DNA of 63,899 nucleotides, filler included, from Octopus bimaculoides (taxonomy: Eukaryota): the NCBI RefSeq assembly GCF_001194135.2. It is 5 parts of 4 records of this genome, joined end to end, with 100 filler letters (N's around TTAATTAATTAA, not from the genome) between each part and the next. Parts side by side here need not be neighbours in the genome. Positions count along the whole stretch, not along the records: positions 61,603 to 63,899 come from NW_026356852.1; 4 more parts are not named here. One strand, written 5' to 3'. Every line of letters starts with the position of its first letter. The stretch's first letter is position 1. The notes under the pieces are model-generated. The model saw only the letters and a list, made by a program, of their open reading frames with translations. It made no database searches and was not told where the DNA came from. The position numbers and the translations under genes were made by a program. Below are positions 63,413-63,899 of the stretch, in pieces.

Positions 63413-63899
63413 ATAGGTTGGAAGTGAATGAATGGACGGATGCTGGCATGGGTGGCTAACTCGAGGAAAGCTTTTAATTAAACGTTAAACATACTACAGT
63501 ATTTTGTCATCTGACACCTACATCTAAGAAGATGGATAAATGATTCAAAGCATGTCCCTACCCCCAATTTTCCCTTTGTGGGTTGCTTACGTATATACAT
63601 AATTACGCGTTTACATACAAATATGCATATATACATACATACATGCATAAATTTGAACGTACATGCATACAGAGATGCATGCATATATACAGACGTACGT
63701 GCATACACAGATGCGTGCATTCGTAAGTAGGCACATTCACACGATCACAAACGTATATTTATTTGGGTGTGTATGATGTGTGTATTATATATATATATAT
63801 TCAATATCTTTTTTATTTCATTATGATATGTGGTGTGTGCCTGATGTATATGTTTGAGATATGTTTCAAATATTTCTCAAGATACGACATGTATTGTGT

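Noticed and set aside
1-63899. CRISPR arrays, rRNA or true tRNA genes
   Set aside because: None seen; tRNA-like A/B boxes all belong to SINE heads.

Overview
AT-rich, microsatellite- and transposon-dense animal genomic DNA, most likely from an octopus or other coleoid cephalopod (inferred from the SINE families and repeat landscape; not checked against a database). It is a draft assembly with many N gaps. Four 100-bp gaps carry an artificial TTAATTAATTAA linker, so the window may be five joined pieces whose adjacency is not guaranteed. The only host coding sequence I can support is one 780-bp exon (12002-12781, +) encoding the whole H-NOX domain plus the start of the PAS/HNOBA region of an atypical, O2-binding-type soluble guanylate cyclase (Gyc88E-like: His104, YxSxR, distal Tyr143, no NO-type cysteines). 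No further exon of this gene was found. The rest is several tRNA-derived SINE families, 3' fragments of RTE, CR1/L2 and HERO-like LINEs, mariner/maT/Tc1-like transposons, MITEs, and a near-complete Penelope-like element with a fold-back 5' hairpin. From 47 to 61.5 kb lie decayed Penelope-like sequences and a duplicated unit containing a Tx1/L1-type ORF1 with no ORF2. The best leads are the O2-sensor-type sGC exon, an orphan CCAAT/DRE/ETS-CRE promoter at 42.9-43.0 kb, the Penelope fold-back, two locally templated inverted insertions at TE junctions, an RTE tail with three C2H2 fingers, and the LINE-ORF1/Penelope-3'-end junction.
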